This document shows positions 1 to 8,050 of a stretch of DNA of 64,000 nt, piece by piece. The translations under genes and the position numbers were made by a program. Below the pieces are notes generated by a model. That model saw only the letters and a program-made list of their open reading frames with translations. It had not been told where the DNA came from and searched no databases. Source of the stretch: a virus. The stretch is from positions 2,963-66,962 of IMG/VR virus record IMGVR_UViG_3300031760_000051; one strand, 5' to 3'. Position 1 is the first letter of the stretch, and each line of letters starts with the position of its first letter.

Positions 1-336
1 AGATGTATTGAGTCCATCATCTCGAAGTGAACACGCTCTTGCATATTTCTCCTGTCTTCTCTCATTAACGCAAATACTCTTTTCGTATCTGTATTCGTTG
101 AGAGATACTCCAAACTCTTTGTAAACGTTCTCAGCAGTTTCGGTCCAACCTTTCTTCTTAAGTTCGTCGACTCTACCTAAAAAGTCTCGATTATCTCCGT
201 GCTGATAAGGATCCTTTCCAGAACCCCAAGGATATCGTCCTGATCTCCTCTTCTTGCCATAGTGGAATAGTTCATCACCTTTACCTTCCATTATAGCTTC
301 GTAAATTTCTGTGAGCTCAGCGGCCGTCTGGTTCAC
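1..336 (-). CDS. N-terminal 112 aa of a protein truncated by the window edge (ELFHYGKKRRSGRYPWGSG); candidate phage RNA polymerase-like/virion protein
   Basis: Not in ORF track; GTG at 336 after AGGGGG SD, open to position 1 (MNQTAAELTEIYEAIMEGKGDELFHYGKKRRSGRYPWGSGKDPYQH...); function is inference only. Confidence 0.8.
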   Translation of the reverse strand, partial: MNQTAAELTEIYEAIMEGKGDELFHYGKKRRSGRYPWGSGKDPYQHGDNRDFLGRVDELKKKGWTETAENVYKEFGVSLNEYRYEKSICVNERRQEKYARACSLRDDGLNTS

Positions 337-363
337 ATTGATTACCCCCTAACTTTTCTAACT

Positions 364-927
364 CTAGTTATACATAGATTTTTGAATAAGGGCATCTTCT
401 TCTTTGATACGTTCCATAGCTTCTCTAATATCACTTGCTGTAACGTCTAAGATTAATATCTCGTCGTTCTGATAAATGCGAAGTTCTATAAGTCTCATAT
501 CTTCAGGGTCTTCCCTATATTCCAAACAAAATAGTGCGGCATACGCAACAAGCTGTTCAGGATGTATACGACCTGTGCCAGTCTTTAAATCGTGTATGCG
601 AAGCTCTCCGTTTCGGTAGCTGATAGCATCCGCTGTCCCGAAGCAGTTATCCGAATAATACAACATGACTTCTGGATCCATATGAAATCCTATTGCATCG
701 TTCACATAACTTTGAAGTGTTTTTACTTTTCCTCTTGGTACTGCTTGCTTGATTCCAAGTTTAATTGTCTTCGCAGCCCATTCGTGAAGTTCTGTTCCTT
801 TCTCTGCTGCCTTACGTGTTGCGACATACTGCATGAGTCTTTCGTCATCGTACTTAAGCCAACACGGTTGAGACGGACTAAGACATGCATGCTTGCCGTT
901 AAGATTTGAATGCTTCTTCCATTCCAC
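364..927 (-). CDS. Cas4-like/PD-(D/E)XK exonuclease (DUF2800-like)
   Basis: GTELHE, FGTADAI, IHDLKTG, QLVAYA motifs. Confidence 0.8.
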   Translation of the reverse strand: MEWKKHSNLNGKHACLSPSQPCWLKYDDERLMQYVATRKAAEKGTELHEWAAKTIKLGIKQAVPRGKVKTLQSYVNDAIGFHMDPEVMLYYSDNCFGTADAISYRNGELRIHDLKTGTGRIHPEQLVAYAALFCLEYREDPEDMRLIELRIYQNDEILILDVTASDIREAMERIKEEDALIQKSMYN

Positions 928-1201
928 TTAATACTTCCTCCTTATTCTCTGGGTAGATGAATGCTGAGAATGACATCTTATTGCAAATATCAACATAGTA
1001 ATCCTGGTTGGGTCTATGACTTGCATTTGCTGATCTCTTGCATTCGAGTAATGCCCAATGATGATTGTAAAGAATAAGAAGGTCCGGAATCCCTTGAATA
1101 TATCCAGCATCCATTTTTGCTACGATACAACCAGGGAACCGGTCCTTCAGTTCTTTGATGAGACTCCTTTGGAAATCTCGTTCAGGTTTGCTTTCTTTCA
1201 T
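899..1201 (-). CDS. VRR-NUC domain nuclease
   Basis: ERDFQ...GIPDL...LECKR...RPNQ motifs. Confidence 0.85.
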   Translation of the reverse strand: MKESKPERDFQRSLIKELKDRFPGCIVAKMDAGYIQGIPDLLILYNHHWALLECKRSANASHRPNQDYYVDICNKMSFSAFIYPENKEEVLSGMEEAFKS

Positions 1202-1244
1202 AAATATCTGGTCTCCATTCAGAATATATGATTTAGGAAAGGAT

Positions 1245-1316
1245 GAAGAGAGATAGTAATCTAAACTAATTTAGATCTCGAATACCTCGAAAACGGGGCA
1301 TCTTTTATCTCTCCTC
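1245..1316 (-). ncRNA. 72-nt three-way-junction RNA or structured leader starting at promoter motif copy 1
   Basis: 11-bp closing stem GAGGAGAGAUA/UAUCUCUCUUC enclosing two hairpins. Confidence 0.5.
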
Positions 1317-1341
1317 ATAAAAGGGCATGATTTTTACGCGA
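1316..1341 (-). promoter_or_regulatory. Phage promoter-like motif copy 1
   Basis: TCGCGTAAAAATCATGCCCTTTTATG. Confidence 0.8.
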
Positions 1342-1364
1342 ATTGTTTTTGTGTCGAGAATTAA

Positions 1365-1395
1365 GAAGAGGGCCTGTAAATTACAAGACCTCTTC
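1365..1395 (-). terminator. Cassette-end hairpin (terminator or processing stem)
   Basis: Inverted repeat GAAGAG...CTCTTC; mismatches become G.U pairs on the minus strand. Confidence 0.6.
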
Positions 1396-1402
1396 GGTTT
1401 GG

Positions 1403-1645
1403 TTACTTTTTGAATTTGTTTGCTAGTTCGGTAAATAAACTACCAAGCAATATAACTGGTAACATCAGTATAACCAATATTGTTGTTATTATTCCCTGTC
1501 CTAAAGGCATAGCGTTAATGGTATCAAATATATCTTTATATTTGTTCATTACTCGCTTATTGTCTCTAAGACCAAATAATAATGCAATCATAATGGTTAC
1601 AGATGCTACAATACTACTTATGTAGATTTTTATAGCCTGTTTCAT
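1403..1645 (-). CDS. Small membrane protein (two hydrophobic segments)
   Basis: Start revised to MKQAIK after AAGGAGG; cassette gene. Confidence 0.7.
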   Translation of the reverse strand: MKQAIKIYISSIVASVTIMIALLFGLRDNKRVMNKYKDIFDTINAMPLGQGIITTILVILMLPVILLGSLFTELANKFKK

Positions 1646-1662
1646 ATAAATAACCTCCTTTC

Positions 1663-1688
1663 CATTATAGCATATGTTTTTGAGACGA
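1663..1688 (-). promoter_or_regulatory. Phage promoter-like motif copy 2
   Basis: TCGTCTCAAAAACATATGCTATAATG. Confidence 0.75.
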
Positions 1689-1708
1689 TATAACGCTATA
1701 AAAATAAA

Positions 1709-1733
1709 AGCCCCTGTAAACTGCACAAGGGCT
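1709..1733 (-). terminator. Cassette-end hairpin
   Basis: AGCCCUUGU...ACAGGGGCU followed by UUUAUUUUU on the minus strand. Confidence 0.65.
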
Positions 1734-1742
1734 AAAGTAAAC

Positions 1743-1877
1743 TTAAGTAATATTATTCATGATTTCTTTTGCAAGTATCTCCACCATACCTACAATAATC
1801 GCAGCTGGTACGAAGACCAGTGATCTTATCGTAAGCATGATGACTCTACACATAAATTTAAAATCGTGTTCTGTCAT
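1743..1877 (-). CDS. 44-aa hydrophobic peptide (not in ORF track)
   Basis: MTEHDFKFMCRVIMLTIRSLVFVPAAIIVGMVEILAKEIMNNIT after GGAGGTG. Confidence 0.7.
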   Translation of the reverse strand: MTEHDFKFMCRVIMLTIRSLVFVPAAIIVGMVEILAKEIMNNIT

Positions 1878-1889
1878 TACGTTCACCTC

Positions 1890-1915
1890 CACTAAAGGAG
1901 ATGAATACTACACGA
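1890..1915 (-). promoter_or_regulatory. Phage promoter-like motif copy 3
   Basis: TCGTGTAGTATTCATCTCCTTTAGTG then GAGG. Confidence 0.75.
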
Positions 1916-2090
1916 CAGGATCTTTAACAGTTACAAGAATATCATCGTAGTAACTCCATACTTGTACCTTTCCATTCTTGTAATGTATTTCTATTGCCTC
2001 ACTATTATCGAGCATTAGGTAATGAGATACATCTTTCGATAGCTCAGTATGTTTCTCGGTAAACAGAAGCATAATATCTATTTGTTCCAT
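1908..2090 (-). CDS. Hypothetical protein
   Basis: ORF with GGGAGG SD. Confidence 0.65.
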   Translation of the reverse strand: MEQIDIMLLFTEKHTELSKDVSHYLMLDNSEAIEIHYKNGKVQVWSYYDDILVTVKDPVV

Positions 2091-2122
2091 CTCGTATACC
2101 TCCCTAAATCATAGTACAGATA

Positions 2123-2150
2123 TTCCGTACCACAGTACGGGACTTTTTTT
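2123..2150 (+). terminator. Plus-strand intrinsic terminator-like hairpin
   Basis: TCCGTAC-CACA-GTACGGG followed by a T7 run on the + strand. Confidence 0.5.
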
Positions 2151-2230
2151 GTGATATATACTGTGTAAAAACCCTTACGTGAAATATTTTTTATTAATAT
2201 ATAAATTAACGCAAAGGGGGCGATTATGTT

Positions 2231-2800
2231 TTAAGGTACCAATAGTAATACTTCATCCTCTCTATCCTCATCGACAATATTCTTATCTAACCTGTCAAGA
2301 ACAAAGTCACATATTCTTTTTAGTTTAGAATAGGTAAGACCTCTAAAATCCCATTCATCGATCCATTGTCTCAACTTATTCTCACTAATATGAGTGCCCC
2401 AAGAAATATACTCATAACTCATAAGTCCATTAACAATAAACCACTCAATAGATCTCGTAACCACTTCTGCGGACAATAACTTACTTGGCGAATATCTACT
2501 CTTATCGTGGTAGAAGCATATTGTATGATCAACCATATAATTATAAAGTCTATCAAGGTCCTTATAATTAATGTTCCTCTTTCCGTCAATCCAGCGCTTA
2601 ACCTCGAAAGTTCTAAGTCCAATATCCTTGCAGTAAAGATCAACATTACCAATGTCCACAATAATATCACGGTAGTCATCCTCATCCACTAGTTTAAGAT
2701 TATACATCCTATTTTCATACTCTTCACTCTCGTAGAACTCTTTGCTAATAGAACCTAACGAGTACTTCCAAGTTCTAGGATAATACTTCCGACTCATCAT
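2231..2800 (-). CDS. Putative DNA-binding protein with two XRE/Cro-like HTH repeats
   Basis: Repeated pattern VKRWIDG..NYKDLDRL and LRQWID..TYSKLKRI. Confidence 0.5.
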   Translation of the reverse strand: MMSRKYYPRTWKYSLGSISKEFYESEEYENRMYNLKLVDEDDYRDIIVDIGNVDLYCKDIGLRTFEVKRWIDGKRNINYKDLDRLYNYMVDHTICFYHDKSRYSPSKLLSAEVVTRSIEWFIVNGLMSYEYISWGTHISENKLRQWIDEWDFRGLTYSKLKRICDFVLDRLDKNIVDEDREDEVLLLVP

Positions 2801-3192
2801 GATCCACCTCTCATCATTCTCTCGCCAGCCTTGACCATCGCCATACCAATAAGTGTACGGACCGGCAAGAAATTGCTAATGACCTCTGGCTTACCAAGTT
2901 TCTCTGCAAGCCCCTTAACCGTATTCACCATTTGCTTATACTCAAGATCTCTCTCGCCATCTTCAAACTTTATCATGTTCTCGTACATATCATTTGCGGT
3001 TCTCTCGATAGTGTCCTCATTTGTACCAAGTATTATTATCTCAATAGGATCTGCCTCTTCACCATCAGGACAAGTAATAGTATCCACCATACAAGTCATC
3101 ACAAGAGCATGCATAATGTCGCCCATATCCATACCTGCCCTTAACTTTCCAATAGCTTCCTTACCAAGTTTTACTTTATCCTCGAACTTCAT
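2797..3192 (-). CDS. Hypothetical protein
   Basis: Start revised to MKFEDK after GGAGG. Confidence 0.7.
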   Translation of the reverse strand: MKFEDKVKLGKEAIGKLRAGMDMGDIMHALVMTCMVDTITCPDGEEADPIEIIILGTNEDTIERTANDMYENMIKFEDGERDLEYKQMVNTVKGLAEKLGKPEVISNFLPVRTLIGMAMVKAGERMMRGGS

Positions 3193-3193
3193 A

Positions 3194-3559
3194 TCAAATA
3201 TCCTCCATGTTAATATACGGCATTTTATAAATCTCACACATCAGATGCTCTACTTCGCAACCCTTAGCAAATTTCCAATCCGGATGGAATAGCACAATAT
3301 CACACTCACTCATCCTCTTGATAGCCTCGCCAATCTGATTAGCTCTAGCGTTCTTCGAATCAGCAGGTGCGGTGTAATCCCAGTTTGTCACGAACTTAAC
3401 TTCACACTCCTCATCGAAGAATTCATTACGATATCTTTTGATAAACGCCTTGTACATCCTCTTAACATCAGCCGTAACTTCATCCTCTGTCCTGTTCTTG
3501 AATGGCAGCGAGAAGAATATCTTTGCCTCTCTTTTCTTTGCAGTAACCTTTTCTTTCAT
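3194..3559 (-). CDS. DUF4406-like (nucleoside deoxyribosyltransferase-like fold) protein
   Basis: IFFSLPFK...MSECDIVLF..DWKFAKGCEVEH; paralog of 54945..55232. Confidence 0.7.
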   Translation of the reverse strand: MKEKVTAKKREAKIFFSLPFKNRTEDEVTADVKRMYKAFIKRYRNEFFDEECEVKFVTNWDYTAPADSKNARANQIGEAIKRMSECDIVLFHPDWKFAKGCEVEHLMCEIYKMPYINMEDI

Positions 3560-3598
3560 TAATATAACCTCCAACTTAAATTAAATATATAAAAGAAT

Positions 3599-3632
3599 AA
3601 GAACCACTGAACTAATTGTCCAAATGGTCCTT
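3599..3632 (-). terminator. Cassette-end hairpin
   Basis: Core UUGGAC-AAUUA-GUUCAG within a G.U-rich stem. Confidence 0.6.
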
Positions 3633-3638
3633 AAACTC

Positions 3639-3845
3639 TTATTTATAGTTTTCTTTGGTGTGCTCTCTCAAAAGCATTACGGTTCCTAGACCGTGCACAA
3701 CCATAAGTGCTATTCCAATTGCCGATGATGCTGTTGAACCAAATAGTTCTTCACCTACTAATGAGGCAATCATATCAGTAAATACGAATAATATTCCTAT
3801 GATTGTAATCCAGTCTAACGGATCTTTAAATAATCTTTTGATCAT
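3639..3845 (-). CDS. Small two-TM membrane protein
   Basis: Start revised to MIKRLF after GGAGGTG; cassette gene. Confidence 0.7.
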   Translation of the reverse strand: MIKRLFKDPLDWITIIGILFVFTDMIASLVGEELFGSTASSAIGIALMVVHGLGTVMLLREHTKENYK

Positions 3846-3857
3846 TACTTTCACCTC

Positions 3858-3883
3858 CATTACAGAAGATGAAATCAATGCGA
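3858..3883 (-). promoter_or_regulatory. Phage promoter-like motif copy 4
   Basis: TCGCATTGATTTCATCTTCTGTAATG then GAGG. Confidence 0.75.
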
Positions 3884-4132
3884 AATATTATACCCAATAT
3901 CTTCGAACTTCTTGAGATCTTTTCTCGCATCTCTACATGCCCCTTCAAGTCTTGCAAGAAACTCACTCTCGTCTTCTTTGCAATAGTTCCAAGTTTCATA
4001 CCACTTCATATGGCTCATGGGTTCTTCGAGTCTAACAGTCATTAAATCCTCTCCAACATTCTTTATCGAAATATAAACTTTATACTTCTTACAGAATCCC
4101 TTTATCTTGTTCCAAAAACTCCAATACATCAT
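3875..4132 (-). CDS. Hypothetical protein
   Basis: ORF with GAAAGGA SD. Confidence 0.7.
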   Translation of the reverse strand: MMYWSFWNKIKGFCKKYKVYISIKNVGEDLMTVRLEEPMSHMKWYETWNYCKEDESEFLARLEGACRDARKDLKKFEDIGYNISH

Positions 4133-4173
4133 AACTAAAATCCTTTCTCAAATAAATCCTTAAAACAAAACAA

Positions 4174-4207
4174 TAAAGAACCTGAATCATAAGATCCAAG
4201 TCCTTTA
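4174..4207 (-). terminator. Cassette-end hairpin
   Basis: AAAGGACUUGGAUC-UUAU-GAUUCAGGUUCUUU, fully paired with G.U. Confidence 0.7.
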
Positions 4208-4227
4208 AAGTTCTGCGATGATAATTC

Positions 4228-4464
4228 CTACTTTCTTTTTAACTTTAATTTAATATTATACTTCTCACATAAGTATATCTTTAAACTAAGTATAAATATG
4301 AATAATAGTTCTATTGGCCATACAAGAAAGTGTCTAGTAAGTTTCTCAATACTAGCCTCGCTATCAAGTACTTCCGATAATCTAAAACTCATAAGCATAC
4401 TTACTATAGTATATACCATAGTGAAAAGTATAGCAAATATAAAGTTTTCTGATTCGCTCATCAT
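4228..4464 (-). CDS. Small membrane protein
   Basis: Two hydrophobic segments; cassette gene. Confidence 0.7.
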   Translation of the reverse strand: MMSESENFIFAILFTMVYTIVSMLMSFRLSEVLDSEASIEKLTRHFLVWPIELLFIFILSLKIYLCEKYNIKLKLKRK

Positions 4465-4474
4465 TATCACCTCC

Positions 4475-4500
4475 CATTAGAGAAGATGATTCACTCGCGA
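4475..4500 (-). promoter_or_regulatory. Phage promoter-like motif copy 5
   Basis: TCGCGAGTGAATCATCTTCTCTAATG then GGAGG. Confidence 0.8.
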
Positions 4501-4564
4501 ATATGATGGCTTAATCGTTCCATTCCACTCCAAAACCCAGAGCAAACAGAATATCCATATAGCT

Positions 4565-4801
4565 TTACTTCTTTCTTGCGTCTGCATAGTTGAATCCTTT
4601 CACAAGACTGTCACGAGTTCCACGATAGTTCCATTCAGGCTTCTCAAGCTTCTTAGCACAGCGTGGACAGATATCAATGTTACCGCTCTTACCGTGTTCC
4701 CAAGTGTCAGGAGTACCGTAGTCCATTCCGTTTTCTATTTCTACCGCATCAACCATATATCCGCAAATGTCGCAAATCGCAACTGTTCTAGTTTTTACCA
4801 T
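4565..4801 (-). CDS. Small zinc-finger protein
   Basis: CDICG and ICPRC motifs. Confidence 0.7.
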   Translation of the reverse strand: MVKTRTVAICDICGYMVDAVEIENGMDYGTPDTWEHGKSGNIDICPRCAKKLEKPEWNYRGTRDSLVKGFNYADARKK

Positions 4802-5073
4802 TAATCTTCACCTTTCCAAAATCTTTTAAATATCTTTCCTATTGTCTCATCATTAAGTGTCGGCTTATGTACCCTGCCACCAACCTTAATATCTTCTTCA
4901 ATGTTTATCACAGGCACCACTACTATCTGATCAAAATCCACATCCCACTTCTCAAGATACTCAGCAACTTTAACCCTTGAGTCAGAGTAGTAATACCCAA
5001 TCTCAGTCTGACCGAGTGCGGTCTTCTTTGTAGCTTTGTAAATGTGAAAGTGTTTGTCTAAAGTCATTGACAT
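4801..5073 (-). CDS. Hypothetical protein
   Basis: ORF with AAGGAGG SD. Confidence 0.7.
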   Translation of the reverse strand: MSMTLDKHFHIYKATKKTALGQTEIGYYYSDSRVKVAEYLEKWDVDFDQIVVVPVINIEEDIKVGGRVHKPTLNDETIGKIFKRFWKGED

Positions 5074-5094
5074 AATTAAAACCTCCTTAAAGAA

Positions 5095-5130
5095 TAAGAG
5101 TCTACGATAATATATACCATAGATCTCTTA
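5095..5130 (-). terminator. Cassette-end hairpin
   Basis: TAAGAG-TCTA...TAGA-T-CTCTTA inverted repeat. Confidence 0.6.
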
Positions 5131-5142
5131 ATCTTAAACTTA

Positions 5143-5514
5143 TTATTTCTGAGCTAGTTTATGCTCAAGTAATTCAATCTTCTTTTTCAGAAGATCGTTT
5201 TCTAGTTTGTAGTTCTCTAGTTCGAACTCTGACTCTTTTAGTTTTTCCTGTGCTCTACGTGCTTTGTCGTTAGAAGGTTTTATAGATTTCTCGAGTCTAT
5301 TTACTCTCTTGTATAGTTCTAAACATTCTTCTACATAACGCTGAATTGATTCGTCTCTACGTTTAATCATACGTTCAAACATTTCAATTTTAGCGTTCTT
5401 AGCATCGAAAGCCTGTTCAACAACTGATACAATCATTTCAACTCGCTCATCGTCACTAATAAACCTAGATTCGAGTGCATCTTTGACCACATTTGTCAAT
5501 CGTTCAATACTCAA
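5143..5514 (-). CDS. Coiled-coil hypothetical protein
   Basis: Probable TTG start after GGGAGG; heptad-rich; cassette gene. Confidence 0.7.
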   Translation of the reverse strand: MSIERLTNVVKDALESRFISDDERVEMIVSVVEQAFDAKNAKIEMFERMIKRRDESIQRYVEECLELYKRVNRLEKSIKPSNDKARRAQEKLKESEFELENYKLENDLLKKKIELLEHKLAQK

Positions 5515-5527
5515 AGTACTCACCTCC

Positions 5528-5553
5528 CATTAAAGAGTGTGATTATACCGCTA
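5528..5553 (-). promoter_or_regulatory. Phage promoter-like motif copy 6 (overlaps upstream TAG stop)
   Basis: TAGCGGTATAATCACACTCTTTAATG then GGAGG. Confidence 0.75.
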
Positions 5554-5865
5554 GCATCTCCTATCCGCTATTAATTCTAAATCTGATTCATCCAAAGTAA
5601 TATAACTGTGGTCTAATGTCTCATTGCTGTTAGGTATACACGTTATGAAGTTATGGCCATCACATCTTTCGATAGTTACCATTACTTTGTTTAACTTCTT
5701 CCCTTTATCACAAGCAAACGGTGACTCTTCTATCTCCTCCATAATTCTTGTAATGACCATATCTCCAAGTGCTGAACTATTAACAAGAACCTGAGGATAT
5801 ATCACAATAAGCGTATCCTCTGCACCTATTATTCTTACAATATCTCCTACTTTAAACTTTGACAT
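5551..5865 (-). CDS. Hypothetical protein (KOW/SH3-like N-terminus)
   Basis: MSKFKVGDIVRI. Confidence 0.65.
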   Translation of the reverse strand: MSKFKVGDIVRIIGAEDTLIVIYPQVLVNSSALGDMVITRIMEEIEESPFACDKGKKLNKVMVTIERCDGHNFITCIPNSNETLDHSYITLDESDLELIADRRC

Positions 5866-5868
5866 CTC

Positions 5869-6411
5869 TTAACCTCCATTAAATACTTTAACTATTGCAA
5901 ATATCAGTATTCCAATAAGAATGCCCCAATATGTGACCCTAAAAATAACCGAAGGCCAATCAGTCTCATCTCTAGGCTTCTCTTCCTGCTCTTCAACCTC
6001 GTAGTTATAATACTTTGACAGGGTAAGCTCTTCAATATCTTTGTAATGTATTTCCTTAGACCAAGAGTCTTTGAGCCTGTTAATATACTCTTCTTCCGAC
6101 ATATGCTCAAGATCTTTTAAATCTACAACTTGATAAGGCGCACCGTCTGCATATAAGATAACCTTTTCATATTCGTCCTCTTCGCTCATTCTTCTTCCAA
6201 CTCCTCTAGTCTCATCCCTAGGCTTCTCTTCCTGCTCTTCAACCTCGTAATTCATGTACTTATTTTCTATGTCTTTGTTCTCTTCCTCTTTCTTTCGTTC
6301 CTCTTCTATTCTTGCAATACGAACCTTTTCTTTTCTACGTTCTTCGTCGTGCTGCAGCTGTAAATATCTAGCCCATTGTAATTTTTCATTAAACTCTGGT
6401 CCCATATTCAT
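5869..6411 (-). CDS. Acidic protein with C-terminal membrane anchor
   Basis: Duplicated NYEVEEQEEKPRDET segment; hydrophobic C-terminus. Confidence 0.7.
   Translation of the reverse strand: MNMGPEFNEKLQWARYLQLQHDEERRKEKVRIARIEEERKKEEENKDIENKYMNYEVEEQEEKPRDETRGVGRRMSEEDEYEKVILYADGAPYQVVDLKDLEHMSEEEYINRLKDSWSKEIHYKDIEELTLSKYYNYEVEEQEEKPRDETDWPSVIFRVTYWGILIGILIFAIVKVFNGG
5962..6249. repeat. 42-bp direct repeat (5962-6003 and 6208-6249)
   Basis: agtctcatc(t/c)ctaggcttctcttcctgctcttcaacctcgta, one mismatch. Confidence 0.9.
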
Positions 6412-7058
6412 TCTTCCTCCAACTCCTCTATAAGCTCCTTAAGCCAAGGGATAGTCTTAACTTCCTTACAGAACTCTCTCCATTCATCAAGCTTGTGACC
6501 CTTTCGCTGCATATATATATTAAGGAGAGTCTCAAAGGAGAACATATAATTACGAGTCTGCATATAACTCGAAGGAAGAAGCTGAATTATCTCGTACCAA
6601 TACTGTTTCTTAATAACATTGTCATTAGAATTCAAATATAAGTTCCTAAGAATATTAAGCTGTCTTATAGTTGTTTTCAAGCATTCGATAGAAACATCTG
6701 ATAAATGATCATACGAAAAGTCGTCGAGTACGAATTCTTTTGCTGTAATCTTATGCATCGTACTACAAGAATTACAAACGGTCCCTATCTTATAAGTGTC
6801 AAGTTCCTTAAAATAGTACAAAGGTGCAGTGATACGAACATAACCATTGAGCATTCTAAGAAACTTTCTGTGTTCAGAACCAGCAACTGTAAGTCTCGTC
6901 GCCAAACCCAAATCATTCTCGCCTAACTCAATATATCCATGCTTTCCCTTTGTCTTTGAATCCGACTTATCCCAAGAGTTCATGGGATTTCTCATTCCCT
7001 CGATAGCAAACTTCCATTCACAAAGCCCTGGAATAGCCCATGCTCCAAATTTAATCAT
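6408..7058 (-). CDS. ThyX-like FAD-dependent thymidylate synthase homolog (atypical)
   Basis: GMRNP, EHRKFLR, ELDTYKIG..NSCSTMH, QLLPSSY, RKGHKLDEW pattern of phage ThyX-like proteins. Confidence 0.65.
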   Translation of the reverse strand: MIKFGAWAIPGLCEWKFAIEGMRNPMNSWDKSDSKTKGKHGYIELGENDLGLATRLTVAGSEHRKFLRMLNGYVRITAPLYYFKELDTYKIGTVCNSCSTMHKITAKEFVLDDFSYDHLSDVSIECLKTTIRQLNILRNLYLNSNDNVIKKQYWYEIIQLLPSSYMQTRNYMFSFETLLNIYMQRKGHKLDEWREFCKEVKTIPWLKELIEELEEE

Positions 7059-7618
7059 TCTTCTTCCTCCTTATCAAACTTATCTAACCATTCTCCACTT
7101 GTGGCATACTTGTCATATCCGATCAAATCATCATAGTTCCAATTAGTAACACCACTGAGCCACTTCTTAATAGCTTCTTTCTTAGTGTCGAATCCTCCAA
7201 GATCGGTTCTGATAGTCATAAAACCAGAATGCCCTCCGTCATAGAATTCGACAGTATCATCAGTATAATTAAGAATCCTCTCGAATAGCTTGGCTTCTTC
7301 TTCGGTAAACTGTGCTAATTCGGCAAATAATCCTTCTGCATGATGCTCTAAAACATACCATTTCTTCTTTCTTTCCTGAATCCTTCTAAAGAGTGCCATA
7401 TGCCTTTCTTGAAGTTCGTCAGCACTTAAGATACAACATGAGCTACGAGGTTTACGATATATGAATAGCTCTTTGCCGTTGTTGTCACACTTGAGGTCAA
7501 AATATATCAGTCCTCTGTTATTAATTACATCAACAACTTCCGCATTTAATTGTCTGCCTTCATGAGGAACGCTTATCTTATCTCCAACTTTAACCTTTTT
7601 AGCTTCTTCTAAAGTCAT
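7055..7618 (-). CDS. Hypothetical protein, paralog family A
   Basis: KWYVLEHHAEG...FYDGGHSGF domain shared with the next two genes. Confidence 0.75.
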   Translation of the reverse strand: MTLEEAKKVKVGDKISVPHEGRQLNAEVVDVINNRGLIYFDLKCDNNGKELFIYRKPRSSCCILSADELQERHMALFRRIQERKKKWYVLEHHAEGLFAELAQFTEEEAKLFERILNYTDDTVEFYDGGHSGFMTIRTDLGGFDTKKEAIKKWLSGVTNWNYDDLIGYDKYATSGEWLDKFDKEEEE

Positions 7619-7630
7619 TCTTCTTCCTCC

Positions 7631-8050
7631 TTATCGAATAAGTTTTTCATTCTGTTCTTCTTCTATTATCATAGCCATGTCCTCATCAGTTATGTCCTCA
7701 CGGTGAATATAGCGTTCTTTTGCGTATTCTCTCAACACATCAAGTTTTGAATCATAGCCATCAGTAGAACCAAATAACGAAAAGCTTCCCGAATACCCTT
7801 CATCATAAAGAGTTTCTCCTGTATCAAAGATCTTCTTAACTATAGCGAACTCTTCTTTAGTAAGCTGCACCGCATCAAGACTACTGCCCTCAGCATAAGA
7901 TTCAAATCCATACCATTTCTTATCCTTTTCAACCGTATCAGGAGTAGATAAGAGAAGTTCCGGATGGTCTTCTGGCTTGTAGCCTTCAAAATACTTCCTG
8001 ATTCCGAGAGAGTGGCAAAAACGTAATTCATTGTTCTTATCGGTTATCAT
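7631..8050 (-). CDS. Hypothetical protein, paralog family A
   Basis: KWYGFESYAEG...LYDEGYSGSF. Confidence 0.75.
   Translation of the reverse strand: MITDKNNELRFCHSLGIRKYFEGYKPEDHPELLLSTPDTVEKDKKWYGFESYAEGSSLDAVQLTKEEFAIVKKIFDTGETLYDEGYSGSFSLFGSTDGYDSKLDVLREYAKERYIHREDITDEDMAMIIEEEQNEKLIR

Noticed and set aside
364-927. CRISPR-associated cas4
   Set aside because: Stand-alone phage PD-(D/E)XK nuclease lacking the four-Cys cluster and any cas context
1245-1316. tRNA gene
   Set aside because: Only two internal arms, no T-loop GTTC consensus in position and no CCA end
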